Assembly (NCBI GenBank): GCA_009103225.1
Contig: RHPI01003369.1
Coordinates: forward strand, 627,500-691,211
Origin: Chlorokybus atmophyticus
Lineage: Eukaryota; Plantae; Mesostigma and Chlorokybus algae
Length of the DNA stretch: 63,712 nucleotides
Direction of reading: 5' to 3'
The notes beneath the pieces are model-generated. The model worked only from the letters and a program-made list of their open reading frames with translations. It was not told the DNA's origin and ran no database searches. Each line of letters opens with the position of its first letter. Positions within the stretch are counted from its first letter, which is position 1. Below are positions 35,101-49,124 of this stretch, piece after piece. The translations under genes were made by a program, and so were the position numbers.

Positions 35101-37534
35101 CACCTACATGCAAGCACACATCATATCATGACGTACAATATGCAGCTAACAATACAAGCAGTTTACAATACGAAACCAAAGTTAATGCTAACGGGGCTTA
35201 GCTCAGTGCACGCCAAACAATTGAAAATGCTGATAGCATGTATGCTGCGCGCCGATGGGCGCACCTATAACAAAGCAACGGCAGTTGCGGCAGGGATTGG
35301 CACAGTGGAGGCGGCGGCAAGAGTGGTGGACGAAAGAGGGGAGATCTAGAGAGAGAGTCCACGTCCTGCTGTGATTGTCATCGTTGGGTGGTGCGACTAA
35401 GACCGCTGAAATGCCAATGTGAGCAGGTGATCGCTCATCGATGCATGCATGCGTCCGTTACACCTCCACGTTACGGCGCAACAACTTCTACAACAACGTG
35501 CTCTAAGAGCTACCACAACACAGGGAGCTGCCATATATCAGCTCCTGTCTCACAATCTTTCGCATGCGAAGGACTTGACGAACGGATGGGTAAGTGTGGG
35601 TGCGTACGTGAGGGGAGCGACTAGTTTGCCCTCATGCAAGTCATGTTGCACGATCGATGCAATTGACATAAGTGTAATTGCCTATGCATATTAACCCCAC
35701 TTATGCCCGTTGGACCGACAAGACTCATTACGCAGCTTGATACTATCGTAGTGCGACCCAACGTCGCGCGTACACCTCTAACGACGCTCGCACGGATCAG
35801 TTCGTGTGGGGTTGACGTGTGGGGCGGGCGGCAGACCATAGAGCACTGCACATCACCGCATTTGTCTTGCCGCTCCTTGCGCCTGCTACCACTGCTGCTC
35901 CATTTTTCAAGGACTCATCATCGCCTCCTGCTTATGATTCACACGTTGGTTATGCCATTGATGCCTGCTGCCGCCGCCTCCTATTGCACGACACTTGCAT
36001 AGCACATATGGCACTTCGTGGCGTCGGCTAGCTAAAGGCCTCGGGTGTGATAACTGTATTTGCTTGTTCATGCTAGCTTGTTGCTGTGTGTTCAACCCAA
36101 GTTGTGTGTTTGCACATTCAGCATGTGTGTACAGAAAATGCAAGTGATCATGATATATGCAACATGCATGACACATGCCTTGTTCACCAAGCTCATCACC
36201 ATGCAATAATTATTTACCATCGGGGTCTACCTATACTAGCCACACGTAACTATTGTAACTACTGCCTTCAACCCCCATCAGACATACATGCATGCATTTG
36301 CTCATTACCTGTATACAAGGCGTCAAAACACGTTAGCTAGCGGCACAGCATCATGCGAGGCAGCAGCAGACAGCAGACGGACTCCCCTTCCTCTCTCTTC
36401 CTCTCTCTCCGTCACCCTCCTCCTTCCTCCGCTCCCTCCTCTCCCTGTGCCCTTGCTGCAACGGCTTGCAAGGGTTGTAGTGTGAACGTCAGCAGAGCAC
36501 CGCTACGTGCTCTGCTCGGGCGACCTGCCCAGAGGCTGCACGCGTGTGCAGTCAGTTAGTCTTGCAATTCTTTGCAGCAGCCAGGAGCATGAGCTGCCAA
36601 CGGACTCCCACTCCCCCGTTCTCCTTCACCCACAGTCTCACTCCCGCCATTTCCATGCAGCTATGTATGTTGTTACCCTGGCTGAGGGCTCCTCCGCCCC
36701 GCCCCTCCGCCCCGTCCCTGTGCCCGGCCTTTGTGTGACTTGAGATGACTATGATGTAAACCCTATGCACAAACAATGCGGGGCGCGCTTGCTCATGCAT
36801 TGTGTCATGCATGATATGTTCCATGCACACGTCATACAACAGGCGCACATCTTCACTGCACGACTAACATGGATCGGGCAATAGGGTTAGGGGTAGTGAG
36901 GTAGGTGGCTAGCGCCTGGCCTGGTGGTCTTGTTTAAGGTCAGCTGGTGATAAGTACATGCTATCGATGATGCATGTGTGCGTGGCATATCCCTCATTGC
37001 ATACTTCGTCTGCCCTATTGAAATGAGTGGACTGGTTTATAAGGCTGACAAGCTCCATACCAACAAACACTTCGCAGGTGCCGCCACAAAGAGATAGATA
37101 CGATTAATGTACGCAAGCAACCAGGCTGAAGAAGGTAACAACTAGTACTGGCATGCTTAGCATACCTTGATGCAACTCAGCCGTAAGATCAGCTACTCAA
37201 GGGTTCAAGCAGTAGTGCAGACGGTAATTCACCTGCAGCTATCCAGCTAGTGTCGACCAGCATACAGCACAACCAACAATGCATTGACAACGCATGCAGA
37301 GCAGGCTGGAAACATCGGTGGTATAGCCCTTGTTTAGCCTCCTCGTGCAAGTACAATTTACCTATGGTAACAACAGTGACACAATGCTGCACAGCGGGTA
37401 GGGGATGTACAAGTCACTCCTCACAAAGGGGTGGTAAGTTATGTGGGGGGCTTAGGCTTACAACATGCGGCCAGAGCTAAGCGAAGGCTCACCGTCAAAG
37501 AGAGACAGCAACAGCGTAGATCATCACCCAAAGC

Positions 37535-38201
37535 CTAATCCAGATACTTCTCGATGGTGGCAGTCAGCGTCGACTTTGGGACGGCGCCGATGACGGTGTC
37601 CTGCTTTTGGCCGTCCTTGAAGATCATCACGGTGGGGATGGACCTGATGCCGTACTCCGTCGCAACGGACGGCGACTCATCGGTGTTCAGCTTCACAGCT
37701 CGCAGGCGGCCCTCGTACTCAACCGCCAGTTCGTCAATGAGGGGTGCAATCATGCGGCACGGCCCGCACCACGGCGCCCAGAAGTCCACCAGCACGGGCA
37801 CAGGCGAAGACAGCACCAGCTCCTCAAATGTGGCGTCCGTCACCACCATGGCAGCTGCAATAGAGGCATACACGCAGGCATGAAGCTACGCATTAGACAG
37901 TAGCAAAACTAACGATAAACGACCAGCAATCATGGAGCAATGCAAATGCATAGAGCCATGCACAATGCACAGTGAGCTTACTGCCGGTCTCCTGCTGCGC
38001 GGCGCAGACGACCGGGCTGCTGCGTCGGGAGGCGCCGACCAGGCGAGGAGCGCCAGCACGGCGCACCGCTAGCCGGCTGCTGCCGGCGGCGGCAACGCGA
38101 GCCTTGACGGCGGGGGCGGCGGGGGCGGCGCCCGCGCTGAGGCGGGCGCTCACCGGCACCGCCGCCGACACCACGGCCACGGACTGCACGGCGGCGTACA
38201 T
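37535..38201 (-). CDS. TRXm: Chloroplast thioredoxin m; exons 38201-37982 and 37854-37535
   Basis: Ala/Arg/Ser-rich transit peptide; [18 protein letters not shown]; [26 protein letters not shown]. Confidence 0.93.
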
Positions 38202-38887
38202 GGCTGCACGGTCCTTTAAGGCCCCCGCTCCTGCTTGACCTACGTGCTGTGAATCGCACGCACGCCCCCGCCCGACCACGCCAATGACAACCACGACACC
38301 GGCGGCGATGGCGACGACACCAAACCCTAGCCGATGGGGCAAACTATAGCGTAAATGCACTGCATTGAGTCGCGCAAACGAGTGGTGCATACGCTCAGTC
38401 CCAAAGCCGGAAAAGTTTCCCCGCCAGCAAAGGACGCGCGGTGCGGCTCTGCGCGTGGATTACGCAGCTGGGCATCGCTTCGTTATCGAGTCGCGTCAAA
38501 AAGGCGAGCTCGGGACTTAGTGCTTGTCCCGAGCACAACCCTTGTGCTCGTTGCGCACAAGCGCAATGTCAATTATCTCGCAAAGTTGTTCATGATTGGG
38601 TCGTGAAAGAGTGCCGCGCACTGCAGCTGGCGGATCTGAAAGGCACCCGGGCACTTCTGTTTGACAATTTCTGCCCTAAAGTAAGTTGCACGGTGCAACT
38701 TGCACCCCAACGGGTACGGTGTACGACGACTCGTGTGTACGACAGCTAATGTTATTGATGAATTACGTTATCGCCGCTAAGGCAGCTGCCACGTGGCCAT
38801 ATTGGTGTTGTTGGCAGTACTGTTGCCACTGCTGCCGTCGTCGTCGTGGGCGACGGCGGCGGCGGCAGCGTAAGGGACAAGACCTAC

Positions 38888-40203
38888 ATGGCACCGCCCT
38901 CGTTGTCATCAGGACCGATGGCGTGCGCCGAGATGGCAGTATACTGTTTCGACACCCTGCTGGCGCACTATAGCGGCACAGACATCGCCGCCCCCCTGTT
39001 TCAGGACGCACACTAGTAAGCTGAGAATGCTCGCTGCTGCTGTGTAGGCTTCGAGCTTCTGTGTTCATATTGCTTGCGCTGCATGCTTTTTGTCATCGTC
39101 AACATTGCTACCCTTTGCCTTCTTCTTTGGATTGCTGAAAATGCACATATTGGACCGTCGATTACATAGTCGACGGATTTTCTGAGCAGCCTACGGACTG
39201 CTTTGTCAGCAAGGTGCTTGCCAACTTTTGAATGCACGAGACTGTATGAATCTGAGCAAAATTGATGCATGTTGCATGCCACGTGATTGGTGGCTTGCGC
39301 AGTTGCTAAGCATGTTCGCCACTGTACAACTACTTAGGCTTTCAGCTTGTCAGTTTTGCCGTTGTGTGCTATGCACAGTGAAGCAAGAAACCTGCCCTAA
39401 GTGTTGGTCCGTTGCTGCAGCGCGTTGTTTGTAACATGGAAGCGCCTCTCCCGCAACGGCGACACGCGGTTGCGGGGTTGCATAGGCACGCTGGAGGCGC
39501 GGCGCATAGTCCCCGCGCTGAAGGAATATGCGCTCACCTCCGCGCTGCGCGACCGGCGCTTCTCGCCCATCGCGCACCACGAGATCCCTCACCTCGAGTG
39601 CACCGTCAGCCTTCTGTTCTCCTTCGAGACCGCCCATGACCACCTTGACTGGGAGGTACACGTGTTGTACGTGTCTGCCGCACTGCATGCCAGATGCTGG
39701 CGTGTGTTCAATTTCCCCAGAGGACATGCTGATCAGGTGTGCTATGGGACATGACAGCTGATGTTACTTGTAGGTTGGCAAGCATGGACTGATCATCAAT
39801 TTTACGGATTCTTATGGCAATCAGCGCAGTGCAACATACCTTCCTGAGGTTGCTTCGCAGGAAGGTATAACTGAGCCATGCGTGGGTATTTTGAACTTTA
39901 GTTACTTAATTTGGAGCATTATGACCCAGCGCCTCTTGCATGGCAGGTTGGAGTCGGCAGGAGGCAATTGACTCGCTGATGAGAAAGTCCGGGCACAATG
40001 GCGCAATCACGGAGTCTTTGCGCAGGTCCTTGCATGTCACGCGGTATCAGAGCAGTCTGCACACGATGTCATACGGCGAATACCAGGCGCACTGCGCTAT
40101 GCGCCAGGCGTTGCCTCACGCGCAAGTCAGCGAGAGCATTATCAATGAGCAGAACCTGGACGCGGCCGTGCATCTCAACATCACCAACGTGGCCCTCGCT
40201 TGA
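38888..40203 (+). CDS. AMMECR1: AMMECR1-family protein (4 exons)
   Basis: MAVYCFDTLLAHY; ALFVTWK...LRGCIGT; SALRDRRFSPI; VGKHGLII...SATYLPEVA; GWSRQEAIDSLMRKSG. Confidence 0.92.
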
Positions 40204-41750
40204 TTTGATGTTGACAATGTGTTGTTGGCGAACCCGCAACCCCACACACAGAACAGAAAGCCCACAAAAGCCCCTGCACCAGTGACACCTCTATCTCAAC
40301 ACTGCCAGTGCGCATTTGCGCTGTGTCAGTGTCTGTTAGGGTTTGTTGCAAGCTGTTGCGCTTTAGGTATGGCGCTGTGCACATTGCAGTAGCGCCGGTT
40401 TGGGGTATGACAGGATGAAAAGAAAGGAACCCTCAGTGAGAGACAGTACCGCCCTTCTTCGCTTATGTACATAGAACAGCAATAAATCAGCCACCATGCT
40501 GGGCATTCATGCTCAGTGTCGTTGATCCGTCGCTTAGGTCTGTGTGGTTGATTGGTTGTATGCATGCCTGCTCGATTCGGCTCAACTCTGCATGTCCTGA
40601 GATCATGGCAACCGCATGCTACTTTGCAAATTAAAACTCTTCGACGGTAGTTGACCCAGTGGAGCGAGTGTGCCCACAGGGTCACGTTTGCAAATGGGTT
40701 CATGAAGGCATTCCATATTGGCATTCCCTTGCTGGAGGCACACGCATGGTACTTTGGCTGGGCCAAGCAGCAAAGCAAAGCGATGACCTGACAGCATACG
40801 GCAACTATCAGTACGGCAATGCTGTGACAGCCCTTCAGCAACTCATGTTGCTACACCAATCAAACAACAGCTGCTGCAACTCTACTCTCTCTGTTCTGCA
40901 TGCTCTTGGCATTGCAGCAAGCTGCGCGCAAGCTGGGCTGGTGAGCGTTGGCGTCGGCGGCGGGGCTCCCAGGTGGGGCGCGTGCGGCGGGCATGCCTGT
41001 AGGACAGGTTAGGTTGAGCATACAGCCATCACTTCAACTGATCGACCATGTGCTTGGCCTGGGAGTGCGTTTCTGACAAGAGAGGCACGTGAGACATGCG
41101 AGTTACTGGAGCAACCGACGGAGCCACTTTTGCCTTCACGCACAAGTGGTCAAGACTTCTAAACTGATCTTGAGGTACTGCACTGCTTGGCAAGTGCGCT
41201 TGTTTCAGTCGCTAGCTAGTTAGCAAGCCAGCTCGCTTGCTTGCTTTACAAACAAGGGAACACTGCCTTATCGTCGTACGATGACGCGGTTGGGTCACGG
41301 TTGTCAAGTGCCTTGTTTGGATGAGAGGATACGCTACCGCTTGCCTCTGTTTTGTGATCGTGTTTGGGATCTTGCTGGGCTTTGTAGCGGCAAACATTGT
41401 GTACCGTTTCTGGCGTGTGTATGCTAAGGGCCAGGTTGCTTTGTAACAGAGTTTGGTCATTGCTTGATACTACTCTGCAACTGTATGCGCTGATGGCGCT
41501 ATGTGTTCAAGGCGTGTTCAGTCACCGCTGGCATGCTCTGGTTACGACTTCCGAGGTTCACCTAGCTGCATTACACATTCAAAGCGTCCATTGTTGTACA
41601 TGCACTTATCCGCGAGCAATTTGTGCTTCATCCGCACACACATGCATGTACAGCAGTCTTCTGCCATGTTCTGCAACCTGCACTTATGCAGCGCCTGACG
41701 AAATGTGGTTTTCCCACAGATAAGGCGCCTTTCCCTTCTCCATGTAAGTC

Positions 41751-44700
41751 ATGACTACTATAGCGACCGCGCTACAACGCGCTTTGTTCACATACAGCAC
41801 CATTGCTTGTCTGTGGGCATTCGTGGTGGCCCGTGCGAACGGCACTTACGTCCTCGACCTCGGCGGCGACAAGTAAGCGCCAGTTGACAAGCATAAGTTT
41901 GGTTTCTGTTATTGGATCTGACGGCAACTTGCAAACTTGCAGTTGGGTTTTGAGCAATGCCAATGGGAGCATCAGCAACATCAGAGCAAGGGTGCCTGGC
42001 GTTGTTCACACTGACCTCATGGCCGCCGGCATCATTGATGGTGCACGAGTTGATATGTTGAGTATGTGCAGCATCAATCACTTCAAGCGAAGTGCAACTG
42101 ATAGAATAGCTCTGCTGCAGATCCTTACTACCGCTTCAATGATGTTGAGTACCGCTGGATTGGACTGGACAATTGGACGTATGAGAAGACATTTGACGTG
42201 CCAGCTCTTACCCTAAATCACGCCGCTGTTGATCTTGTATGCGACGGCATCGACACCATCAGTACTGTTTACATCAACGATGTGTACATTGGCAGCACCG
42301 ACAACATGTTTCGCAGGTATTGTGTGAACTTCCACATATGCGCTGCACAGGTCTTAATCTTCAACAGTGCGAATGCAGATATATCTTCGATGTGAAGAAG
42401 CATCTGCAAGCTGGCGCCAACACAATACGTACAGACTTCACCAGTCCAGTAACGTATGCAGGCTCGCGACGCAAAGATTTCAGGTGCGTGCGTCTTGCAT
42501 ATAACTTGCATATGACTTCCTCTAAGCAGTGAGTCTAAGCCTGGCATATGACGCAGGTCTCGCTTCAGGTATGATGTGCCTCCTTGGAAGGATCCCAAAG
42601 TGATTCGCGGCGAAGGTGGCCGCGCGTGGGTCCGCAAAGAGCAGTCATCTTTTGGCTGGGTACTAGGAAACAGTATTCGCATAATGTGCCACCATGTATT
42701 TTGTCATGAGGTATCCATTAATAATGGTAGGTTACATCCAGGACTGGGGTCCCTGCTTCGTTCCTTGTGGGATCTATCGCCCAATACGCCTTGAGGCGTA
42801 CTCAACTGCTGTCATTCGCCACATAACAACAGTTGCGAAGCCTGTGGAAAGAGCTATCAACATTGTTGACGGGCAACGGTGGAGCTTACAGGTGAGTACG
42901 GTTACTGGTGAAGTCAAGTGTGTGCGTAGCAAATGTGCCATGGAACAGTATAGTACATGTTGTGTGGGACCAGGTTGGCGTGTACTTGGACCATGCGGTG
43001 TCGGCATCAGGGGAGTTGCAGGCATCAATTACTTTCAACGGTTGCGCAAGTTCCTCGACTCAATCCGACAGCATGCACTACACCAAGACAGTGGCCGTGA
43101 CGCCCAACACGCCAGTGACCAACATCACTCTCTACCCTCGGGCGTGTGTGTGGTGGCCCAATGGTTACGGCGAGGCGCACCTGCACGAGCTGACGATTAC
43201 GTACCGTGCCCGCGGGGAGACTACCACCATTGTGAAGCGCATCGGCTTCCGCACAGCTGAACTTGTGCAGACGCCGACCTTAGACGGCAAAGGCATCAGC
43301 TTCTGCTTCAGGCAAGCATGATCTGGCTTGTTAATCGGGATGCACACATGCGTGCATATTTGCAAGAAGTCTAGTCATGCGACCAACAACCGCACTTTCA
43401 CAAGCTTCTCAATTGTTGTTTTTTTTCCCTCGTCGACAGCACGTATGCTGCTATGTTCACGCCAGACTCTTGTTCAGGATCAACAGTGTGCCCATCTTCT
43501 TCAAGGGAGCTAACTGGGTGCCAGCAGATGCGTTCGCACCGCGAGTGACGCACAACCATGTGCGAAGTCTCCTTGCCGCTGCGCGGGAAGCTCATCATGT
43601 TGGGGTCAGGGTGTGGGGCGGAGGTATATACGAGCGGGACACATTCTATGAGGCAGCTGATGAGCTGGGACTGCTCGTGTGGCAAGAGGTGAGCATAGTG
43701 GTTGATTGAAAGCAAGTTGGTGTGTATGATACATACTCACATTTTCTGTGCCGTTGGCAGTTCATGTTTGCGTGCTCTATGTATCCCGCCGATGAGGCTT
43801 TCCTCACCACTGTGGCAGCTGAAGTGGAAGATCAGGTGGGTACATGCTGTGCTTGTTAAGTTGTTGTGTGACAGACACATTCAACCTTATGTGGCAGGTG
43901 TTGCGGCTTCAGCACCACCCTTCCATAGTCGTCTGGTCCGGCAACAATGAGAACGAGGACGCTCTGGCAAAGAACTGGTGGAATATGACAAAAATCAACC
44001 ACTCGCGCTACGAGGACGACTACCGTTCGCTGTATGTGGCAACTATCTCTAAGAAGGTGGCGGCGTTGGACGCGTCCAGACCCTTTGTCACCTCCAGCCC
44101 ATCCAATGGAGATCAAAGCATTGCACATGACTACATTGCTGATGACCCGCAGGTAACCTTGGTCGTGTGCGCATGTGCGTGTGCGTGTATGTTGTTGCCA
44201 TCTGCATTTTCAGCAGTATTGCCTTGATGCAGGATCAGCATTACGGTGATATGCACTACTACAACTACACGGATATCTGCACCAATGTCAGCACCTTGCC
44301 AACACCTCGCTTTGCCAGCGAGTACGGCTGGCAGGCAAGTGTTGTATTGCTGTCTTCACACCGAACATTACACATGCGTCTATCATCTGAAAAATACTTG
44401 TGGCAGAGCTGGCCGAGTGCAGTTACACTGGAGCCCGTGAGCACCCAACACGACCGCGTTTGGAACTCGAAATTCATGCAGCACAGGCAGCACCACGATG
44501 ACGGCGACCACCAGATGCTGTGGCAGATAAGACAGCACTTCGCTCTGAGGGATGCGAAGGAGTTGAAGGAACCCACTGCCTACAAGCGCATGCTGTACCT
44601 GACTCAGGTAAAGTGTTCATGGTGTGGACTTGTGTGTGGTAAGCACGGGCTCATGCTGTATCTGTTGTGCGCAGATTATGCAATCGCTGTGCGTGAAGAC

Positions 44701-45650
44701 GCAGAGCGAGCATTACCGACGCAACCGTGCGAACGGCTTGAACGGCGATGACGGCACAATGGGTGCAATCTACTGGCAGCTCAATGACGTCTGGCAGGTG
44801 AGCCAGCAGATGGCAATCATGATGGGGAGAATTTATCGCATGCATCCATATTACGGGCAATTTGCTTTGTAGTCTGCTGCATGCGGGCGTGCCTGCACTA
44901 TGCGTGGCTGCATAACCACTCTTGTCATACACGCAGGGTGCTTCGTGGTCTGGTTTGGAGTGGACCGGCAGGTGGAAGGCGCTTCACTACTTCTCAAAGC
45001 GGTTCTTTGCACCGATACTGGTGTCTATGTACAAGCATGATGGGACTTGCTTTGTGTACGTTGTGAACGACAACGTTCAACCCTCACCCCTGCGCATCAC
45101 CATTGGAGTGCAACAATGGAGCTCATTCACTCCGCTGTGGGAACACAGTTTCACTGTCCTCTCGCACGGCCTCACGGCAACAGCGGTTTACCGCGCACGC
45201 GTTTCGCAACTACTTGGCGATGCCGGCTGTGTTGAAACAAGTTGCTTCATCACCGCGACAGCCACGACCGACGCCTTCATCAGAGAGGTCACTGATGTTG
45301 ACTTCAACTTGGGCAATAGTACAACCAACTCCATGCTCATCTTCCCAGCAACGGTAAGCGAGAGCTTCCTTGTGCCAACCTTCTTCAAGGAAGTGTCGGG
45401 CCTGCGGGCCCCAAGGTTGACAGTGGAGGTGGCAGCGGGTGCACATGACAAAAAGTTAGTTGTGATAGTTTGCAGTGAAGCCGTCGCACTCTTTGTTTGG
45501 CTGGAAACCCCACTTGCGGGACACTTCAGCGACAACGGTTTTCTGATGCATTCTCCAGTGCGCCAGCTGGCGTTTGTTGCTGATGCAAAGGTTTCGATGG
45601 ATGAGCTGAAGAGCAGCTTGACTGTTATGTCTCTGTACGATACGTTGTAG
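41751..45650 (+). CDS. MANBA: Beta-mannosidase (GH2), secreted or vacuolar, multi-exon
   Basis: Signal-like N-terminus; RVPGVVHTDL; DGIDT; RKEQSSFGW; DWGP; FFKGANWVPAD; RVWGGGIYE; HHPSIVVWSGNNENE; SEYGWQ|SWPS; GAIYWQLNDVWQ. Confidence 0.9.
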
Positions 45651-46504
45651 ATGGGTTGATGCTGTCAATCACATGCTTCATCTTTTTTCAATAGCTTCTG
45701 CACATGTAGCCTAACCAATCTTATGCATTCTGTTCATGCATGCATGGTTGTGTAAGCACTGCATCTTGTCTATACAGATGCCTTTGCTCGCGTAGCCTTG
45801 GTACCCATGGCACCAAGGGTCAATTGTACTGTGATGATCAACACGTAATCAGCAGAGAGAAACCACTCCTTGCATACTATATTATACTACTGTACATATG
45901 CAGCACAAAATCCTTTGTATACATACACACAGCACTTCACATACCCTATATACATGAATCAACATGGCAACGGTTTGCTTGCAAAGGTGTAGTGCACACA
46001 GTGGTCAAATCCGTTTGTTTGCAGCGCTCAAGCTAGTACGCAGTAATGCAATCTTGCCTCACGAAGGTATGCACTTAAAAAGATTAGAGCGGCTGCTTGG
46101 ACGGATAGCAATGTGCAGCAACAATCGGTTAGTAGCTGCATAGTCTAAACTGTACATGTCGCATGCAGTTACAGGCGCCTGTAACCTTCAAAATGCATGA
46201 GCCTAAATCTGGAGCTGATGATGGTATCTGTTTTATGTTTTCATGTACTGGACTTTACAGGTACAGGTCCACGTGTAAGATGCAACATGCAACTTGGGTA
46301 GGATAAGACTGTCATGTATGCCATGCTCCAGACCAAAAGCATGCCTGTCTGCGCACGAATATGAATGCACAGCCCAAGCCGCTGAGCCTCAACAGCACAC
46401 TTACCCTTATGTACACTAAGCACAGGAGCAGTGATCAAGAAACCAGTAAGTCCTCAACACAGCAGCGTAAACATGTAACAAGCTCTTCACGTTACCCGCC
46501 ACAC

Positions 46505-47887
46505 CTACATCTCCGTGCCCTTCGCCTTCACCACGACAACAGGGCACGGCGCGTGACGCACGACGTACTCAGTCACGCTTCCCGTAAACATCCTGCACAC
46601 CAAACAGTACAGTTGGGGCATAGGAAATTGTGTGTGTGCATGCGTGTGTATGTTGGCATGTGCGACATTGTTGTTGTTGTTGTTACAATTGCTTGAGGCA
46701 CACACCTTTTGATGGTGGACATGCCACGGTGGCCGATGACTATCATGTCGGCGTCGTGCTCCTTGGCGACTTTGATGATGCCCTCACGCGCATCGCCTTT
46801 CTCTATGACAGTCTCCCATATCGCCTGCAGCGATAATCCTGTTGGTTCTGAATGTGAGAGAACTGATACCTGCGCTTTATGTTGGGCTAGCTCTTACATC
46901 CGCCCTAGCCACACGCTCCGCAAACGCAGCCATGAAAAGCCTCCCTTCCTTGTCCATCACCTGCGGAGATGCATGCAAGTCAAGCCCACGCTCATGCACG
47001 CAAACAGAGTAGCTACCAACACGCATGCATCGCCAATACACAACAACATCTGCTCTCTGTGTCCCCCTTACATCAATTTCCAGGTTAAGCGCCCGCGCAT
47101 CCACCTTATGCGACTCTCCTGCCGGCACACCCGCTACGTGTCGTTCGGCCTCAGCCGAGACAACACTAACACCTTAATACTCACACTCTCACTCACCTGC
47201 GGGCAGGTCGACGATGCGCAGTCGCTCGACCTTCAGGTCCTTGACGCTGTGGACGAAGGTGACGCGGTCCCCGGGGCGGACGAGGCGAGCCAGGGCCCAC
47301 TCAAATGCGTAGCGGGAGTAGTCGGAGGGGTCAACGCCTGAGATGGGAGGATGGGGTTGGGATGTGTGTTGGGATGGTTGAGTGGCGTGATTGGATTGGA
47401 TGCATGCATGCCGAACATGCGTGCTGGTAGGTATGCCTACATGCATGCATGCTATCTGGTGGGTATGCGCGTGTCGACAAATGATGCGCATGCGGGGACT
47501 GCTGCAAAAGTGGCGTTCTTGTTGTTGAGAGCAGCATGCGAATGAGACAGAATGTCGACGCAGAAGTTTGTGACTTGCTTGCACAGGCTGGCATGCATGC
47601 AGTCCTGCAATGTTCCGTCCCTTGCTTGCAACGTCATGGTATGATCTTCGCAAACACGCATCTAGCGAGACCACCTCACCTCACTTCAGCTCAGCCCATG
47701 CATACCACAGTCTGCAACCAAAGTGACTGCCAAAGAGAAAACCAAGCAAACAATATCACAGAAGAATATACAACGTACCTATCACAATGACTTGCGGCGG
47801 CAGCATCCTGGGGCCACCACCCCCGGTGCCCCTCTCCTGCGCCCCCTCTCTTGCGCCACCTCCACCTCCTTGTCCTGTCGTCGCCAT
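46505..47887 (-). CDS. USP: Universal stress protein A-like (multi-exon)
   Basis: VIVIGVDPSDYSRYAFEWAL; GDAREGIIKVAKEHDADMIVIGHRG; GSVTEYVVRHAPCPVVVVK. Confidence 0.88.
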
Positions 47888-49124
47888 GGCTCAAGACCAC
47901 CTCGCAACCTCACCTGTGCACAAACAGCAGCACACCCCATCAGCGCCCAAACCCCCCCTCTCAACCTTGAAGCTGGGTACCGTAGAAGCAAAAACAAGAC
48001 AAGAGAGTTGAGCTCATAAAGACAGATCTCCATCTCCACAGGTGGGGTTCAGACGCGTGAGTCCTTAACAACAACAAGTTGTGCAGATGCATGCATGTGT
48101 GAGCGGTGTCTCACCTCGACGGCGTCGTCTTCGTCGTCGTCGGCGGAGGGCCAGGAGGAAGATTATCAGGCACCGCGCCGTGGTTGGGCCGAGCTTAAGA
48201 CTCTCAGAACAGGCAAAGTCTGTTTCGGTGCTTGACAAAACGCCTGGTGCGCATTTTGTGTTGTGCTGCATGAGAGCTTTCAAGTACAGTCGACATGGCC
48301 GCCTGCGCCTCCAGCGTGCGGCACGTAACCAAGTGCAGCATCATCTGTGTGACAGCCCTGTCAAACAGTGTGTTGCAGCATACGTCAATGCTCCCTTGAG
48401 GTACGGAGCTGTCTCTCGCTCAACCTACACTGACTGACTGGGGGAACTCGATAAATCCGCCCAAACAGGTATACTGTCCAAAAGGGAAGATGCCCATCTC
48501 CGCCACCACCGCCACCGCCGCCGCCGCCGCCGCGGAGTCAACTCTCCAAGCCGACCCATATCTTGCGATCACGTGACTGCCACCCACCAGCGCAAAAAGC
48601 GAAAGCGAAAGCGAAAGCGAAAGAAACCCTAGAACAAGGGCAACACACGTTTCTCTCCTACTCCTGCGGAGTCGTATGAATGCTGCTCGGTGTTGTTAAA
48701 GCGGTTGAGGGATGATCTGCTCTTGACGCGCTGCAGGCTAGGCCTAAAACTGGTGCTCTTTGCGTGCTGGAGCGGGCTGTGCTGTGCTGTGCGTAGTAGC
48801 AGTGATGATGTCATCAGAGCTATCAGATGGGACGGACGGTGTATATATATACTGCAAACAGGGGAGTGGCTAAGGGTGCGGCAGTGAGTCTCAGACTTGG
48901 CAGAACGAGCCGCTGAAACTGCTGCCTACACAGCGATTGTCTAGTTGTTGAACTGGTAACTCACAACAACAACTGTGCGGATGCGTATGGATTGTAAAAA
49001 CATTCTCACTCTTGAGCTGTAGCAAGCCGCTTGAGTGGGGGGAAGACGATGACGCTACAGGTGTCAAGGCATAGAGAACAACCCTGCATATATAAACTAT
49101 CTTAGAACTTCAGCGTTCTTGGAC

